From contig NC_043007.1 in NCBI RefSeq assembly GCF_006345805.1, forward strand, positions 17,856,001 to 17,920,000: 64,000 bases of DNA. The letters are read 5' to 3'. The stretch comes from Octopus sinensis. Its lineage: Eukaryota. The translations under genes were made by a program, and so were the position numbers. The notes under the pieces are model-generated. The model did no database searches. It saw only the letters and a list, made by a program, of their open reading frames with translations, and had not been told where the DNA came from. Of the stretch, positions 38,695 to 52,087 are shown piece after piece (position 1 is the stretch's first letter; the number at the start of each line of letters is the position of its first letter).

Positions 38695-40165
38695 TTGGCA
38701 TGGAAGTTGGGGCCGAATCATACCCCGAGCAGTTTAACTGGTCCGTCAGGCCAGTGTCTGACAGCACTAACTCATGGCATCGACCTACCTCTCCAGGTGC
38801 CAACTGTAAGCCCAAAGACGTGTTGGCTTTGATTTTGGGCCCTTGCAACCGACTCATATTCCTTTAGAATGGTGCCGACCATCTGTGGAGGCACATGGCC
38901 TTGCGGACTCACGGTCGAGGGATCGCGGGTTCGAATCTCAGACCGGGCGATGTGTGTGTTTATGAGCGAAACACTTAAGCTCCACGCGGCTCCGGCAGAA
39001 GGTGATGGTGAGCTTCTGCTGACTCTTTCGCCACAACTTTCTCTCACTCTTTCCTCCTGCATCTTGCAGCTCACCTGCGACGGACCGGCGTCCCGTCCAG
39101 GTGGGGAACCTATACGCCAAGGAAACCGGGAAACCGGCCCTTATGAGCCAGGCATGGCTCGAGAAGGAACAAACAAGCCGACCATCTCTACCTCGGAGGC
39201 GTCCGACACCATGATAGTGACGTCGTCCGTGTACGCTGACACTACACACCCTTGTCCCAGTTCAAAAGGGCTGTCCCTTAACTATTTCAACTTCTACAGC
39301 AGTGGATCAAGATCCAGCACATGCAGAAGAGGCGACGGCAGGCAGTCCTGGCGGACCGTGTGTGCAATGCAAAGCGATTCGATAGGTGGCTGCTTACTTT
39401 GACCATCGAGCAGGTGCCGCTGTTCAATGCAGCGATCCAGACTCTGAAAACGGGCCCGAAACCGGCTGCTTTCAGGACGGCTTCCATGTGGCGATGGTCG
39501 ACTCTATAGAGTGCTTTCGACTGGTCCAAATTTATTGTGCACATTTGCGCTTCCCTGACCAGACTATCGACGACAAGCACCAACCTTTTCGCTAACACCT
39601 TGGCTAAAATCTTAAACTCTGTGTTTAGAGAATTTTGGGCCGAAAATTCCCTACCACGCCTCTACTATCGGTGTTCTTCCTCAGCAGCGTCATCACATCC
39701 CGGATAACAGCACTAGGAATTTTCCAGTTTTGCTGCCAGTTACGGTAGACATCTGCCTAGATGCCGCCAAATAAATCTGGTATGAACATAGAATTCATTG
39801 AGTAGACCATCCGAACCGGACGATTTGCGACTTATGCAATCGTTCATCTCCTCCTGTATTTTAGCCGCCGTTATCAGCTTTTCGCAGAACCTCCTGTCCG
39901 CTGCCAAGAGCCGCTGCAGGCTGTCCAGGAACAAACTAAAGTTTGCTACCGTCGTCGACCCATTGCCTTCCCTAAACAGCCGCGCGAAGTGCTGCTGAAA
40001 AGCCACATACATCTGCTCAGAACCCAGTAGCACACGCCCGTCCCATTCCGTCAGAGACCCCGATCGTGGTTTTGTAGCTACGTGGCGTCTCCACTGTTCG
40101 GGTCAATCGGACAGCTTTAGTTCCTTCATGTTTTAGCGTACGGGCCTTAACTCTGACAATGCAAC
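38695..40165 (-). pseudogene. L1/Tx1-clade reverse transcriptase fragment
   Basis: SRKSSGSDGLLNEFY; INLDQSKALYRVDH; SAYTDDVTI (YADD-like); GPVKLLGV. Confidence 0.85.
38884..39176 (+). mobile_element. SINE-C2 (SINE-C-like head and body, different tail)
   Basis: 10-bp TSD GCCGACCATC (38874-38883, 39177-39186) inside the Tx1 fragment. Confidence 0.85.
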
Positions 40166-41136
40166 CTTCGTGTTTCGCCTCCAAGAAATGGTCGGTCGCG
40201 ATGCCTTTACTACTCGTAATTTACTTACTAGTTCTCTCTCTAAACTATTTCTTTCTCTCATTGAAGTAATAGATTCAAGAACAGTACCCTTAACCAGATA
40301 TGGAGGTGGAATTATAGACTGGACCAGAAACGAAATAAAGAAATTTTACAGAAAATCTAGGAAGTTGTTGGCCATGTATGGAGCCTACCATCCGAAAGCT
40401 GATGTCAATCGGCTGTACTTGAAGAGGGACCAGGGTGGAAGAGACTTAATAGCAGTAGAAGAATGTGCACACATGGAAAAAAAGTCTAGCACAGAAAAAC
40501 TACTAAAGGTAGTTAAGAAAGAGCAGGTGATGAAGCACGTAATGGGAGAAAAGGACAAGAATGAAATACAAAGAGAGCCCGTCAGACAGAACGAAGAGAA
40601 ACTTCTGTGTGGCCAATTTTGGAGGGCTACTGAAGACGTATTTGGAACATAATCCTGAGTTTTGTTTAAAAAAAGGGTCAATTAAAAAAAAGAAACAGGG
40701 AACCTGATTGGAGCAACCCAAGATTAAGCGATAAAAAGAAACAATTTGAGAAAAAATATAATGGAGAGAATGTATAAGAAAAATGTAAAACCTGTGGTAC
40801 TTGGAACGAGACAGTGGCACACATCACCTAAAATTTGAAAATAGGAAGAATTTGGTGCATGCGAAGAGTAAAGGTCGTGCCTATAGTAATTGGTGCTGGG
40901 ATCAGTAAGCCAAGATATAGACAAATGGCTGAAGGAGATTGAAATAGAATGCCCGGTAGAGCTCCAACAGAAAGTTTGACTCTTAAGGACTGCAAGGATT
41001 ATCAGGAGGGTCCTAAGCAGTTGAAAGACTGCTGGAAACTTGTGGATACCTAAGATTACAAGTAGTAACCTGCTATCCACATAATCCCTAGCAGGAATAA
41101 CACCGAACCAAAATAATAGTTTGAAAATTTTGGCAC

Positions 41137-41570
41137 AAGGCCAGCAATTTTGGAGGAGGGGTTAAGTTAATTACATTGACCTCAGTATTCAACTGGTACT
41201 TATTTTATCGACTCCGAAAGGAATGGAATGTAAAGTCGACCTTGGCTGAATCTGAATTCAGAACGTTAAGACGGATGAAATGCCGCTACGCATTTTGTCC
41301 GGCGTGCTGATACTTCTGCCAGCTCGCCGCCTTAATAATAACAATAATAATAATTCTTTCTACTGGAAGCACAAGGCCTCAAATTTGGGGAAAGTGATTA
41401 AGTCGATTACATCGACTCCCAGTTGTCGACTGGTGCATATTTTATCGACCCCGAAAGGATGAAAGACAAAGTCGACCCCGGTGAAATTTGAACTTAGAAC
41501 GTAAAGGACGGATGAAATGCTGCTACGCATTTTGCCCAGCGCACTAACGATACTGCCAGCTCGCCGCCTA
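41137..41570 (-). mobile_element. Two diverged SINE-B-related copies
   Basis: TCGACCCCGAAAGGATGAAAG...GAATTTGAACT...CTGCCAGCTCGCCGCC twice. Confidence 0.8.
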
Positions 41571-41733
41571 GTAGTAGTAGTAGTAGTAGTAGTAGCAGAA
41601 GGCATCAAAGGGGATATAAAGGAAATTGGAATAGAGTGCCAGTAGAACTGTTACAAAAGATTTGCCTGCTTTCCAGAATAATCAGGAAAGTATTAGATAG
41701 CTGAAAAGAATGGATAGCATGGTGCCGTGGAGA

Positions 41734-41775
<42 letters not shown>

Positions 41776-42213
41776 TCAATACCACAGATTTGCTTGTCAG
41801 TTGTTTGACCTTAACCAGTTGAGCATGTCCCTTAGTGGCTGACAATATGTGCATCTCTGATCACGAGCAGAAGTAGTGGGGGAGCATCATAGCCATGTGT
41901 TGAGAGGGATTCTTTGGGGTTTGAATAGTTCACCTCTGGAAACATGGGTGGTTCTTTCAACATCCTTAAACAACCCTTATTCAGGGACCGTTTGAGCGGG
42001 ATGGGCTACTCAACCTGAAGAAAATTCTAACTGGGCCTCTTCTGCAAGGTCATGCACAGTTTATCTTGATATAAGATCACCATGTCGCGCACATATGGTT
42101 GTGATGCATGTGCCTGGTATACCTTTATCAGACGGGTAGTCATGATGGGTATATTGGGCTTCGTATATTTTACCCCAGTGTCACTTTGATGGCATGCACT
42201 GCTCGCTCACTCA
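41776..42213 (+). mobile_element. Second copy of the (AAT)n-tailed repeat at 34813, 5'-truncated
   Basis: High similarity to ~34932-35367; (AAT)n on both sides. Confidence 0.6.
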
Positions 42214-42227
42214 ATAATAATAATAAA

Positions 42228-43262
42228 TACAAATAGCCACAAAACACGAAAACAAAAACTGTTTTCAGTCTTTTAGGAAACTGACAAATGCAAAAAAGAA
42301 ATCATGGTACCTAACAGCTATGAATGAAAAGAAGAAACAACAAAAGCTGTAAAGCAACTGAAACCCAAACTAAAACTGGAACAGCAACGGATCATGATAA
42401 AACGATGGCAAGAAAATCCCCTTCATGGCAAATAATGGGTTAAAGTAAACAGAAAAGAAATAGACAAAGCAAAATCCCGACAATGGCTGAGAAGCTCAGG
42501 ACTCAAAGCAGAAACAGAGGGATTTTTAATTGCAGCACAAGACCAAAACCTTTTCAGCAGAAATCACCACAAACATGTAACGAAAAGAAATACAAGTAAC
42601 TGCAGAATATGTGGAGATGGAGAAGAAACAATAAATCATATTGTCTCTGGTTGCCCAGTCCTGGCTAAGAAGGAATATATTCACAGATACGGCAGCTATG
42701 TCAACACTACGGAATAACAACAGAAAAAACATGGTGTAGGCACACGCCAGAAAAGGGTCACAGAAAATGAGAAAGCAACCATACTCTGAGATATGCCAAT
42801 ACACAGAGATAGAGAAATTAAGGGCAATAGACCGGATATAGTTGTCAGAGTCCCCCCCCCCCAAAAAAAAAGCTTTCGAATCGATGTATCAATACCAATA
42901 GATGACAGTGTTTCTCTAAAAGAAACGGAGAAACTTTTAAAATACAAAGACCTGGAAATAGAGGTAACTCGAATCTGGAGTCTAAAAACAGAAACAACTC
43001 CTATCATAGTAGGTGCATTAGGTATGATAAAAAAATGTTACATATAAAATAAGCATTATACATACATTACAAAAACACCAGGATTTACAAGTGTGTATAA
43101 TAAACAGAAAATAGCACTATTAGGTACCGCACACAACCTACGTTGAAACACTTTCAATACAGTGAAAATAAGAGCACCACAACAAACCACAGCACATACC
43201 CAAGGTACACTCAGCTGCGCTCGGTGGTGCAGTGAAAACACATGATAAAAATAAAACTACTG
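42228..43262 (+). mobile_element. R4/Dong-like LINE 3' 1 kb (CCHC knuckle plus RLE)
   Basis: QWLRSSGLKAETEGFLIAAQDQ; CRICGDGEETINHIVSGC; RPDIVV...IDVSIP; tail (AAC/AAT)n. Confidence 0.88.
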
Positions 43263-43477
43263 AACAACAACAACAGCAACAACAATAATAATAATAATAA
43301 TAACAATAATAGTGAATTGAGAAACTTAGAAAAAGCCAGAAAACTACTAACAGCGTACCGAAATTACCACCCCAAAGCAGACGCAGAAGGAGGCCGTGGC
43401 CTGATACAGATAGAAAACTACTATAAAATAACAACAGTTGGACTAGCAAAGTACTTGGAAACAAAGAGGGGAAAACT

Positions 43478-43869
43478 GGATGGATAGAAGCACTCCGTCG
43501 GTTACGACAACGAGGGTTCCGGTTGATCCGAATCAACGGAACAGCCTGCTCGTGAAATTAACGTGTAAGTGGCTGAGCACTCCACAGACACGTGCACCCT
43601 TAACGTAGTTCTCGGGGATATTCAGCGTGACACAGAGAGTGACAAGGCCGGCCCTTTGAAATACAGGTACAACAGAAACAGGAAGTAAGAGTGAGAGAAA
43701 GTTGTGGTGAAAGAGTACAGCAGGGATCACCACCATCCCCTGCCGGAGTGTCGTGGAGCTTTAGGTGTTTTCGCTCAATAAACACTCACAACGCCCGGTC
43801 TGAGAATCGAAACCGCGATCCTATGACCGCGAGTCCGCTGCCCTAACCACTGGGCCATTGCGCCTCCAC
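43478..43869 (-). mobile_element. SINE-C1
   Basis: 11-bp TSD AGGGGAAAACT (43467-43477, 43870-43880). Confidence 0.93.
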
Positions 43870-44045
43870 AGGGGAAAACTACTGCACGTAGTAAAGCAAC
43901 ACGAGAAAAAGGAAACGTTTTTGACAGAGCAAAAAAGTGGTACGAACATAAGCCTGAAGGCATAATCGAAAATGATAACGTAAAGATCCTATGGGATTTT
44001 ATGATTCAGTGCGACCATGATATAGAGAATAGGAAGCCGGACATA

Positions 44046-44296
44046 AAGCGGCGAGCTGGCAAAAAGGCGGCGAGCTGGCAGAACCGTTAGCACGCCGGGC
44101 GAAATGCTTTGCGGTATTTCGTCAGCCGCTGCGTTCTGAGTTCAAATTCCGCCGAGGTCGACTTTACCTTTCATCCTTTCGGAGTCGATAAATTAAGTAC
44201 CAGTTTCGCACTGGGGTCGATGTAATCGACTTAATCCGTTTGTCTGTCCTTGTTTGTCCCCTCTGTGTTTAGCCCCTTGTGGGTAGTAAAGAAATA
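44046..44296 (+). mobile_element. SINE-B with 5' duplication and 30-bp TSD
   Basis: CATGATATAGAGAATAGGAA(GC/AT)CGGACATA at 44016-44045 and 44297-44326. Confidence 0.9.
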
Positions 44297-44713
44297 CATG
44301 ATATAGAGAATAGGAAATCGGACATAGTATTAATTGAGAAAGAAAGCAAACGATGCTGGATCATAGATATGGCATGTCCAGCTGACAACAAGGTATGTGA
44401 TAAGGAAGAAAGAAAAGTCAATAGATATGAGAGGTTAGCTTGGGAAGTTAAGCAGTTGTGTTCGATGGAAAAGGTGGTAGTAGTACCAATAATTGTCAGA
44501 GTGCTGGAAACAGTGAGTAGAAATCATGAGAAGTACATGGAACAAATAGGGACTGCAGTAAGGGTTGAGCACTTGCAGAAAACAGCACTGCTTGGAACCG
44601 CTCGAATACTCTGGATGGTGCTCGAAAAATAAGGAGTGTTACCTTAGTTCACTGGTAGTGAACAGCTGGCACCATAGTACATCTCCAGCGATAGAAGTCG
44701 TGCAAAGACAATA

Positions 44714-44770
<57 letters not shown>

Positions 44771-44959
44771 TAATATAATAATAATGGTTTAAATTTTTGG
44801 CACAAGGCCAGCAAGCTTGAGGAAAGGTGTAAGTCGATTATATCGGCCCCAGTCTTTAACTGGTATTTATTTTATCGACACTCGAAAGGATGAAAGGCAA
44901 AGTTGACCTAGGCGGAATTTGAACTCAGAACGTAAAAAACGAACGAAATGTTAAATATA

Positions 44960-45753
44960 TATTTCTTTACTGCCCACAAGGGGCTAAACATAGAGGGGGC
45001 AAACAAGGACAGACAAAGTGATTAAGTTGATTACATCGACCCCAGTGCGAAACTGGTACTTTATTTATCAACCCCGAAAGGATCAAAAGCAAAGCCGAAC
45101 TCGGCGGAATTTGAACTCAGAACGTAAACGACAGACGAAATACCTATTTCTTTATTACCCACGAGGGGCTAAACACAGAGGGCACAAACAAGGACAGACA
45201 TGGGTATTAGGTCGATTACATCGACCCCAGTGCGTAACTGGTACTTAATTTATCGACCCCGAAAGGATCAAAAGCAAAGTCGAACTCGGCGGAATTTGAA
45301 CTCAGAACGTAAACGACAGACGAAATACCTATTTCTTTATTACCCACAAGGGGCTAAACACAGAGGGGACAAACAAGGACAGACATGGGTATTAGGTCGA
45401 TTATATCGACCCCAGTGCGTAACTGGTACTTAATTTATCGACCCCGAAAGGATGAAAGGCAAAGTCGACCTCGGGGGAATTCGAACTCAGAACGTAGACG
45501 ACAGACAAAATACCTATTTCTTTATTACCCACAAGGGGCTAAAGACAGAGGGGACAAACAAGGACAGACATAGGTATTAGGTCGATTACATCGACCCCAG
45601 TACGTAACTGGTACTTAATTTATCGACCCCGAAAGGATGAAAGGCAAAGTCGACCTCGGCGGAATTTGAACTCAGAACGTAACGACAGACAAAATACGGC
45701 TACGCATTTCGCCCGGCGTGCTAACGTTTCTGCCAGCTCGCCGCCTTTTTGTT
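44960..45753 (-). mobile_element. SINE-B tetramer inside an older SINE-B-like copy
   Basis: Unit starts at 44960, 45145, 45330, 45515 (185-bp period); single TSD AAATGTTAAATATA (44946-44959, 45754-45767). Confidence 0.93.
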
Positions 45754-45809
45754 AAATGTTAAATATATTGCCCAACATGCTGACGATTCTGCCAACTCAC
45801 CGCCTTAGC

Positions 45810-45841
<32 letters not shown>

Positions 45842-46234
45842 CAACTTCTTTTTTGTGGCTTCACCGACCCAAGTCATTGAGATGAATATCTAAAGAAAAA
45901 ATACAACGTAGAAAACCGGTGGGATTTACATCGATCAAAAAAGAAAAGCAAAAGCAATAACATATAACAAAGAGAATTCTCAGAAATAAACGAACGAACA
46001 AATAGAATTCTTCTGTCGCGGTGCACTCGACCTAAGGTGTTATTGTCATAAAACATGTATAGACTGTGATCACGTGTAAAACCTGAGAACAATAAAGGTC
46101 ACTTTAATGACTTGTGGGGACACCGTATTTCCATAGGCCACCATGATATACTAAAAGATAATAAAAAACCTTTTATGAATCAATGTGTCCTACTGTATTA
46201 GCAGTGCTGTTAAATCGCTTGGTGAGGTTATTTA

Positions 46235-46444
46235 TCTCTTTTACTCTTTTACTTGTTTCAGTCATTTGACTTGCGGCCATGCTGGAGCACCGCTTTTAGT
46301 CGAGCAAATCGACCCCAGGACTTATTCTTTGTAAGCCCAGTATTTATTCTATCGGTTCTCTTTTGCCGAACCGCTAAGTCACGAGGACATAAACACACCA
46401 GCATCGGTTGTCAAGCATGGCTAGGGGGAACAAACACAGACACA

Positions 46445-46543
<99 letters not shown>

Positions 46544-46700
46544 GACAGGTTTCTTTCAGTTTCCGTCTACCAAATCCACTCACAAAGGCTTTGGTCGGCC
46601 CGAGGCTATAGTAGAAGACAGTTGCCCAAGGTGCCACGCAGTGGGACTGAACTCGGAACCATGTGGCTAGTAAGCAAGCTACTTACCACACAGCCACCTC
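46235..46700 (-). mobile_element. SINE-A
   Basis: Tail, internal (CA)n(TA)n and head present. Confidence 0.9.
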
Positions 46701-46971
46701 TACAGATTTTCTATGGAAATTATAGCTAACAATGATTTGTAACGACGCTTCGTATCCGACTACGTGTAATATAAATAACAATGCGATCGAAGGAAAAGTA
46801 GGCAATAGGTGTGTATGCCATATTTCAGGAGTTCTTGCTCCTTCATGAGGACAACATCCAAACCATTAACCTCCACGAACTCAAATTCTGTAGAGATAAC
46901 CTTAAGAAGTGAAAATATAGATCAGTGGTTTTCAACTGATGTGCATACCCTTGGCGGTCCAAATCAGATTT

Positions 46972-47389
46972 GGATCTTTTCGGTTTGAACGGCAGGTTTT
47001 TCTAGCGGTGTCATATGAAATTGTCACCCATAATTATGACACTAGTATCGATCTATTGCATTTGAATCTGTTTTAGGGTTAGGGTTAGGGTTGGGGGGGA
47101 AGGGTATCTTTTTTTCTTCACAAATGTAAATAAACCCAATCTGTTTCTTAAACGAGGGACATATTCATACGGTACAGAATGTTTTCACCTCAAATAGACG
47201 TCAATGATTGGTTGAAATTGCAGAAATTGAAGAAAAACGACAACAAATATCTTACAAACTATAGAATTTTCTCAATAAAGCCAAGAGAAAAAGATGTTTT
47301 ATAAACACATTCTACCAGTATACGAAGTTTAAAATTTTTTAGTTACATAGAAATTATGTTAAAAACTGCCGTTCAAACCGAAAAGATCC
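46972..47389. mobile_element. GGATC-TIR MITE, possibly inside a larger hAT-like non-autonomous element (46923-47964)
   Basis: Both TIRs present; weak 8-bp TSD TCAGATTT/TAAAATTT; outer CAGTGGTTTTCAAC...ATTAAGAACCACT ends are imperfect. Confidence 0.88.
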
Positions 47390-48050
47390 TAAAATTTTGT
47401 TAAAGCTTTGAGCAAAAAGTTAGTTACACTTCTACAGTGCACAAAATATTTTAACAATTTAAAAAAAATGCAATTCATTATAATATCGTGGCGCTAATGC
47501 TACTTAATTTCTTCCGACCTGGCGGACTAATAGTGCAACTCAGTCAGTCTTGTTGACTGTGTATTAGTTAAAGCTACAGCTTTAATTAAGTCTGTCCAGA
47601 GTTACCTTTCTTCGGTATTTCCCATTGATAACATCTAAAAATCTGGAAACGCAGCGACTGGGAATCCGACAGTGGGGCAGTACCGGACAAACATGAGGTT
47701 TTTACACGTTTTACCATAAGAGAGAGTTTTTGTCTCCATAGTAACTGCTGCGAATTTACCTCTAGAAGTTGAAATATGTCACAAACATAGTTTAACTAAT
47801 CTAAAGGTGACATGTGTCTAAATACTGTTCGACACTGAGATTGCTTAATTATAAAAATATAATAGGATTCTTTTTTCTAAAAAAAAAGCAAAACAAAAAA
47901 ACATAGGAGTCCATCAGAGTAGGGATTAAAAGGGGCCATAGACAAAAGAGGATTAAGAACCACTTATATCGGCTGAAATATTAAGGCGGTGTTCTGGCAT
48001 TTTGCGGTGCTGGTCGAAGACTATAATGTTTTTTGTCTGAAATGTATGAT

Positions 48051-48411
48051 GTGGTAAGTTGCTTGCTAACCAACCACATGGTTCCGGGTTCAGTCCCACT
48101 GCGTGGCATCTTGGGCAAGTGTCTTCTGCTATAGCCCCGGGCCGACCAATGCCTTGTGAGTGGATTTGGTAGACGGAAACTGAAAGAAGCCTGTCGTATA
48201 TATGTATATATATATAAGTGTGTGTGTATATGTTTGTGTGTCTGTGTTTGTCCCCCTAGCATTGCTTGACAACCGATGCTGGTGTGTTTACGTCCCCGTT
48301 ACTTAGCGGTTCGGCAAAAGAGACCGATAGAATAAGTACTGGGCTTACAAAGAATAAGTCCCGGTGCTCCAGCATAGCCGCAGTCAAATGACTGAAACAA
48401 GTAAAAGAGTA
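48051..48411 (+). mobile_element. SINE-A, 5'-truncated
   Basis: Family match. Confidence 0.88.
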
Positions 48412-49019
48412 TGTGAGTATGCAATAAAATGCATAAAATTATGATATAATAATAAAAAACAAAAAAAAGACAACCTAAATTATCTGGTATTTAATCCTAA
48501 TCTATCGGTGTCTTTTGCCGAATTGCTAATTTACGGGGACGTAAACAAACCGACATTAGTTGTCCAGCAGTGGGGGAGTACAAAGACAAAGACACACACA
48601 CACATGCACGGTCACACACATGCACAGTCACACACACACACACACACACACACATGCACGGTCACACACATGCACAGTCACACATACACACACACATATA
48701 TATATAAAAGTTCAGTTAGAGGTAAATAAACCTCATTAAAGGATAATAATATCCAATGAATTTATTGGTTTCCTACCTATTATTTATTTTGAATATTAGG
48801 TTTAATATTCAAAAATAGGTAATTAAATAAACCGAGGTTTATATTTAAGAAAAAAAAGAAGAAAAAAAGAGATAAATGGTGAAACCGTATGGCATATTAC
48901 CAGTCGATGTACGTCACTAGCCCAGAAAGAATAATAATGATATTTATTAATTACAAAAATAGACATAATCTCTGACAACTTAATTAAAATAATTAAATCA
49001 TTATAAAGTTGAATCTCGT

Positions 49020-49420
49020 CGGAGGTCACACACTCGTGGCATGTCCAACCATTTCCCACCTGTGGGCTCATGTCGAACGACTGCTGTCACGTGTGAGACG
49101 TGTCGGTTTATCAGCCGAGTCTATCGTCAGTATCGTCACGCCTCCTTCATTCAAACGGGAAGGAAGAGCTATTTTTATCATACTTGTGGCTATGGCGAAA
49201 GAATGTATCTGGTCGACGCGTCTGAAAGGATTGGAGACAAACACTTTCCTCTCTGGTCAATCTCTCATCAACTTCTTCAAGTATCACTTGAAAAGGAAAG
49301 AGAGAGTAGAGAGGCAGGTTTTGTCTAGCGAATGTTTAAAAAAAAAGATGGGAGAATGTAGCAAGGATGGCACGTATGAATGACGAAGCCACCTTGAGCA
49401 TAATCCTATGAACCCGGAAA
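49020..49420 (+). pseudogene. L1/Tx1 ORF2 C-terminal fragment
   Basis: HTLVACPTISHLWAHV...AMAKECIWSTR resembles the HxxxxCP...W...AK..IW..R end of Tx1 ORF2. Confidence 0.6.
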
Positions 49421-49479
49421 AATTTAAAACAGAGTTACTTACTTGCAAATAAATGTGTTAACATGTGACATTATTGACC

Positions 49480-49893
49480 ACAATTTCATATGACACCGCC
49501 GTTTTTTCTAGCGGTGTCATATGAAATTGTCACCCATAATTATGACCCTAGTATCGATCTATTGCATTTCAATCTATTTTAGATTTAGGGTTAGGGGTGG
49601 GGGAAGGGTATCTTTTTTTCTTCCCAAATGTAAATAAACCCAATCTGTTTCTTAAACGAGGGACATATTCATACGGCACAGAATGTTTTCACCTCAATAG
49701 ACGGTCATTGATTGGTTGAAATTGCCGAAATGCAAGATATTAAAGACCAAATATCTTACAAACTATAGAATTTTCTCAATAAAGCCAAGAGAAAAAGATG
49801 TTTTATAAACACATTCTACCAGTATACGAAGTTTCAAATTTTTTAGTTACCTAGAAATTATGTTAAAAACTGCCGTTCAAACCGAAAAGATCC
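49480..49893. mobile_element. GGATC-TIR MITE lacking one TIR, capped by a 20-bp hairpin
   Basis: Body matches 46972 copy; right TIR ends at 49893. Confidence 0.85.
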
Positions 49894-49952
49894 AAGAATT
49901 CTTATATACACACGCTGACATAGAACCAACGTTGAACCCTTTATTCGCAATA

Positions 49953-50727
49953 CTAGCAGCATAGCCCGGCGTTGCCCGGTATGTAAGAAACTTTGTCGAT
50001 AAGCAATGCTCTTTACCTTTTTACCCTTTTTTGTACTCATTGAACCGTTATTTTGTAAAATGAAGCCTAAAAGGCATTAAGGCATTCAAAGCACCGTTCC
50101 CTTGCATGCATGAAGAAGTAGGGAAAATCTATGTGAACTTTCAAAAAATATCGCAGAAAAATCGGTTTGCTATGTGTGCCACATATAATGTAATTAACCG
50201 ATTTTTTCCAGTAATAACGTATCCTATTGGAATCAAAAGGGCCATATAGCTCCTTGGAGCAGACATGATGCTCGCTGTGAATTTCAAAAAAAATTCCTGC
50301 CAATTTGTTAAAGATATTGTCGAAAATATGTCATCTTGAATTTGAACGCGATTTCCCAAAATGGCATGATTTTATCGATTTTTCTGATGGTAAGGTATTG
50401 CCTGGAAAACTAACGTCAGAATTAAGTTCCTTAGAGTAACATTAAGCTTCACCATGAGTTTAGTGAAAACCGAATACAAGTTGTGAAAACTACAACGGAA
50501 AATGTGTTGCATATGATAAGCTTAGATTCTCGACCCCATGTCGAATTTATCGATTTTTTTCAGAACTGGGGGAACTTTTCAAAGTTTTCGCTGCGTTAGT
50601 TTTGAATTATGACATTGGGCTATGTGTGTGTCAAGTTTCATCAGAATCGGTTGAAAGCCGTGGTCAGGGTGAGGGTACAACCTGACAGACACACAGACAG
50701 ACAAACTGCCTTTTATATATGTAGAGA
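49953..50727 (-). mobile_element. Non-autonomous Helitron (second family)
   Basis: Minus strand starts A|TCTCTACATATATAAAAG and ends CCGGGCAACGCCGGGCTATGCTGCTAG|T. Confidence 0.8.
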
Positions 50728-50828
50728 TTACCGAATCTGGAACTTAACTATGGTCTGTCTATAGCACTTATACAGCATTACTTGACACATTTGGTTCTCA
50801 ATGACACTATTATCTCTTTATATATATC

Positions 50829-50859
<31 letters not shown>

Positions 50860-50862
<3 letters not shown>

Positions 50863-51454
50863 TTCTTTACTACCCACAAGGGGCTAAACACAGAGGGGAC
50901 AAACAAGGACAGACAAAGGGATTAAATCGATTACATCGACCCCAGTGCGTAACTGGTACTTAATTTATCGACCCCGAAAGGATGAAAGGCAAAGTCGACC
51001 TCGGCGGAATTTGAACTCGGAACGTAACGACAGACGAAATACGGCTACGCAGGTCGCCCGGCGTGCTAACGTTTCTGCCAGCTCGCCGCCTTAACCACAT
51101 GGTTCCAGGTTCAGTCCCACTGCGTGGCATCTTGGGCAAGTGTCTTCTGCTATAACCCCGGGCCGACCAATGCCTTGTGAGCGGATTTGGTAGACGGAAA
51201 CTGAAAGAAGCCTGTCGAATATATATATATATGTATGTGTATGTGTGTGTTTGTCCCCCTAGCATTGCTTGACAACCGATGCTGGTGTGTTTACGTCCCC
51301 GTCACTTAGCGGTTCGGCAAAAGAGACCGATAGAATAAGTACTGGGCTTACAAAGAATAAGTCCTGGGGTCGATTTGCTCAACTAAAGGCGGTGCTCCAG
51401 CATGGCCACAGTCAAATGACTGAAACAAGTAAAAGAGTAAAAGAGTAAAAGAAT
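50860..51454. mobile_element. SINE-B (minus, 50860-51093) abutting a head-truncated SINE-A (plus, 51094-51454)
   Basis: Family matches; divergent orientation. Confidence 0.88.
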
Positions 51455-52055
51455 ATATACACACACACAGTAGACTCTCACGTCGAAGACGATGTATGAG
51501 CGTTCAGCTTTTTTTGCCGAACGACATGCGCAACTGATGTATTTACAGTGATCAAATGTTCGTGCTGCACATTAGTTCGCTCTCTGCATCAAACTGACGT
51601 TGCATGAACAGGTGCACAGTGTGCCACGAGTCAGGTGTTGAAGTGATCGCAAAGCTACGTAAGTATTATTTTTTTTTTACTGAAGAACACAACGTACCAC
51701 TCGGTCTAGGAATTGACTTCACAATCGCTGGATCGTGAGCGCAACAGAGATCTACTAGACCAAGCACCCTCAAACACACACACACACACACACATTGGCG
51801 CAGGTGTGGCTATAGGTGTAGGCGTGGAATGCGTTGTAAGAAGCTCGCTTCCTAACCACATGATTCCGGGTTCCGTCGCCATCGCGTCGCACCTTGGCTT
51901 GGTATTTTCCACGCACACGACCAGAGCTTTGTGAGTGGATTTGATAGACGGAAAAGTGAATGAATGAACGAATGTATGTATGTATGAGTATGTATGTATG
52001 TATGTATGTATGTAGTATGTATGTATGTATGTATGTATGTATGTATGTGTGTGTG

Positions 52056-52086
<31 letters not shown>

Positions 52087-52087
<1 letters not shown>

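Larger units (their letters stand above)
36340..41100 (+). mobile_element. Near full-length decayed R4/Dong-like LINE, interrupted by SINE-A and a Tx1 fragment
   Basis: VMECYF...RYRKRM...DQARAIRKNEWLS; KAPGPDG; FRPVSCLP; [14 protein letters not shown]; RGIFQGDSLSP; FIDDLKL; resumes at ~40260 with YHPKADVNRLYLKRDQGGR. Confidence 0.9.
43311..44715 (+). mobile_element. R4/Dong-like LINE fragments (probably two families) interrupted by SINE-C1 and SINE-B
   Basis: YHPKADAEGGRGLIQIE; KWYEHKPEGIIENDNVKILWDF; IIDMACP; KTALLGTARIL; (AAT)n tail to ~44785. Confidence 0.85.
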
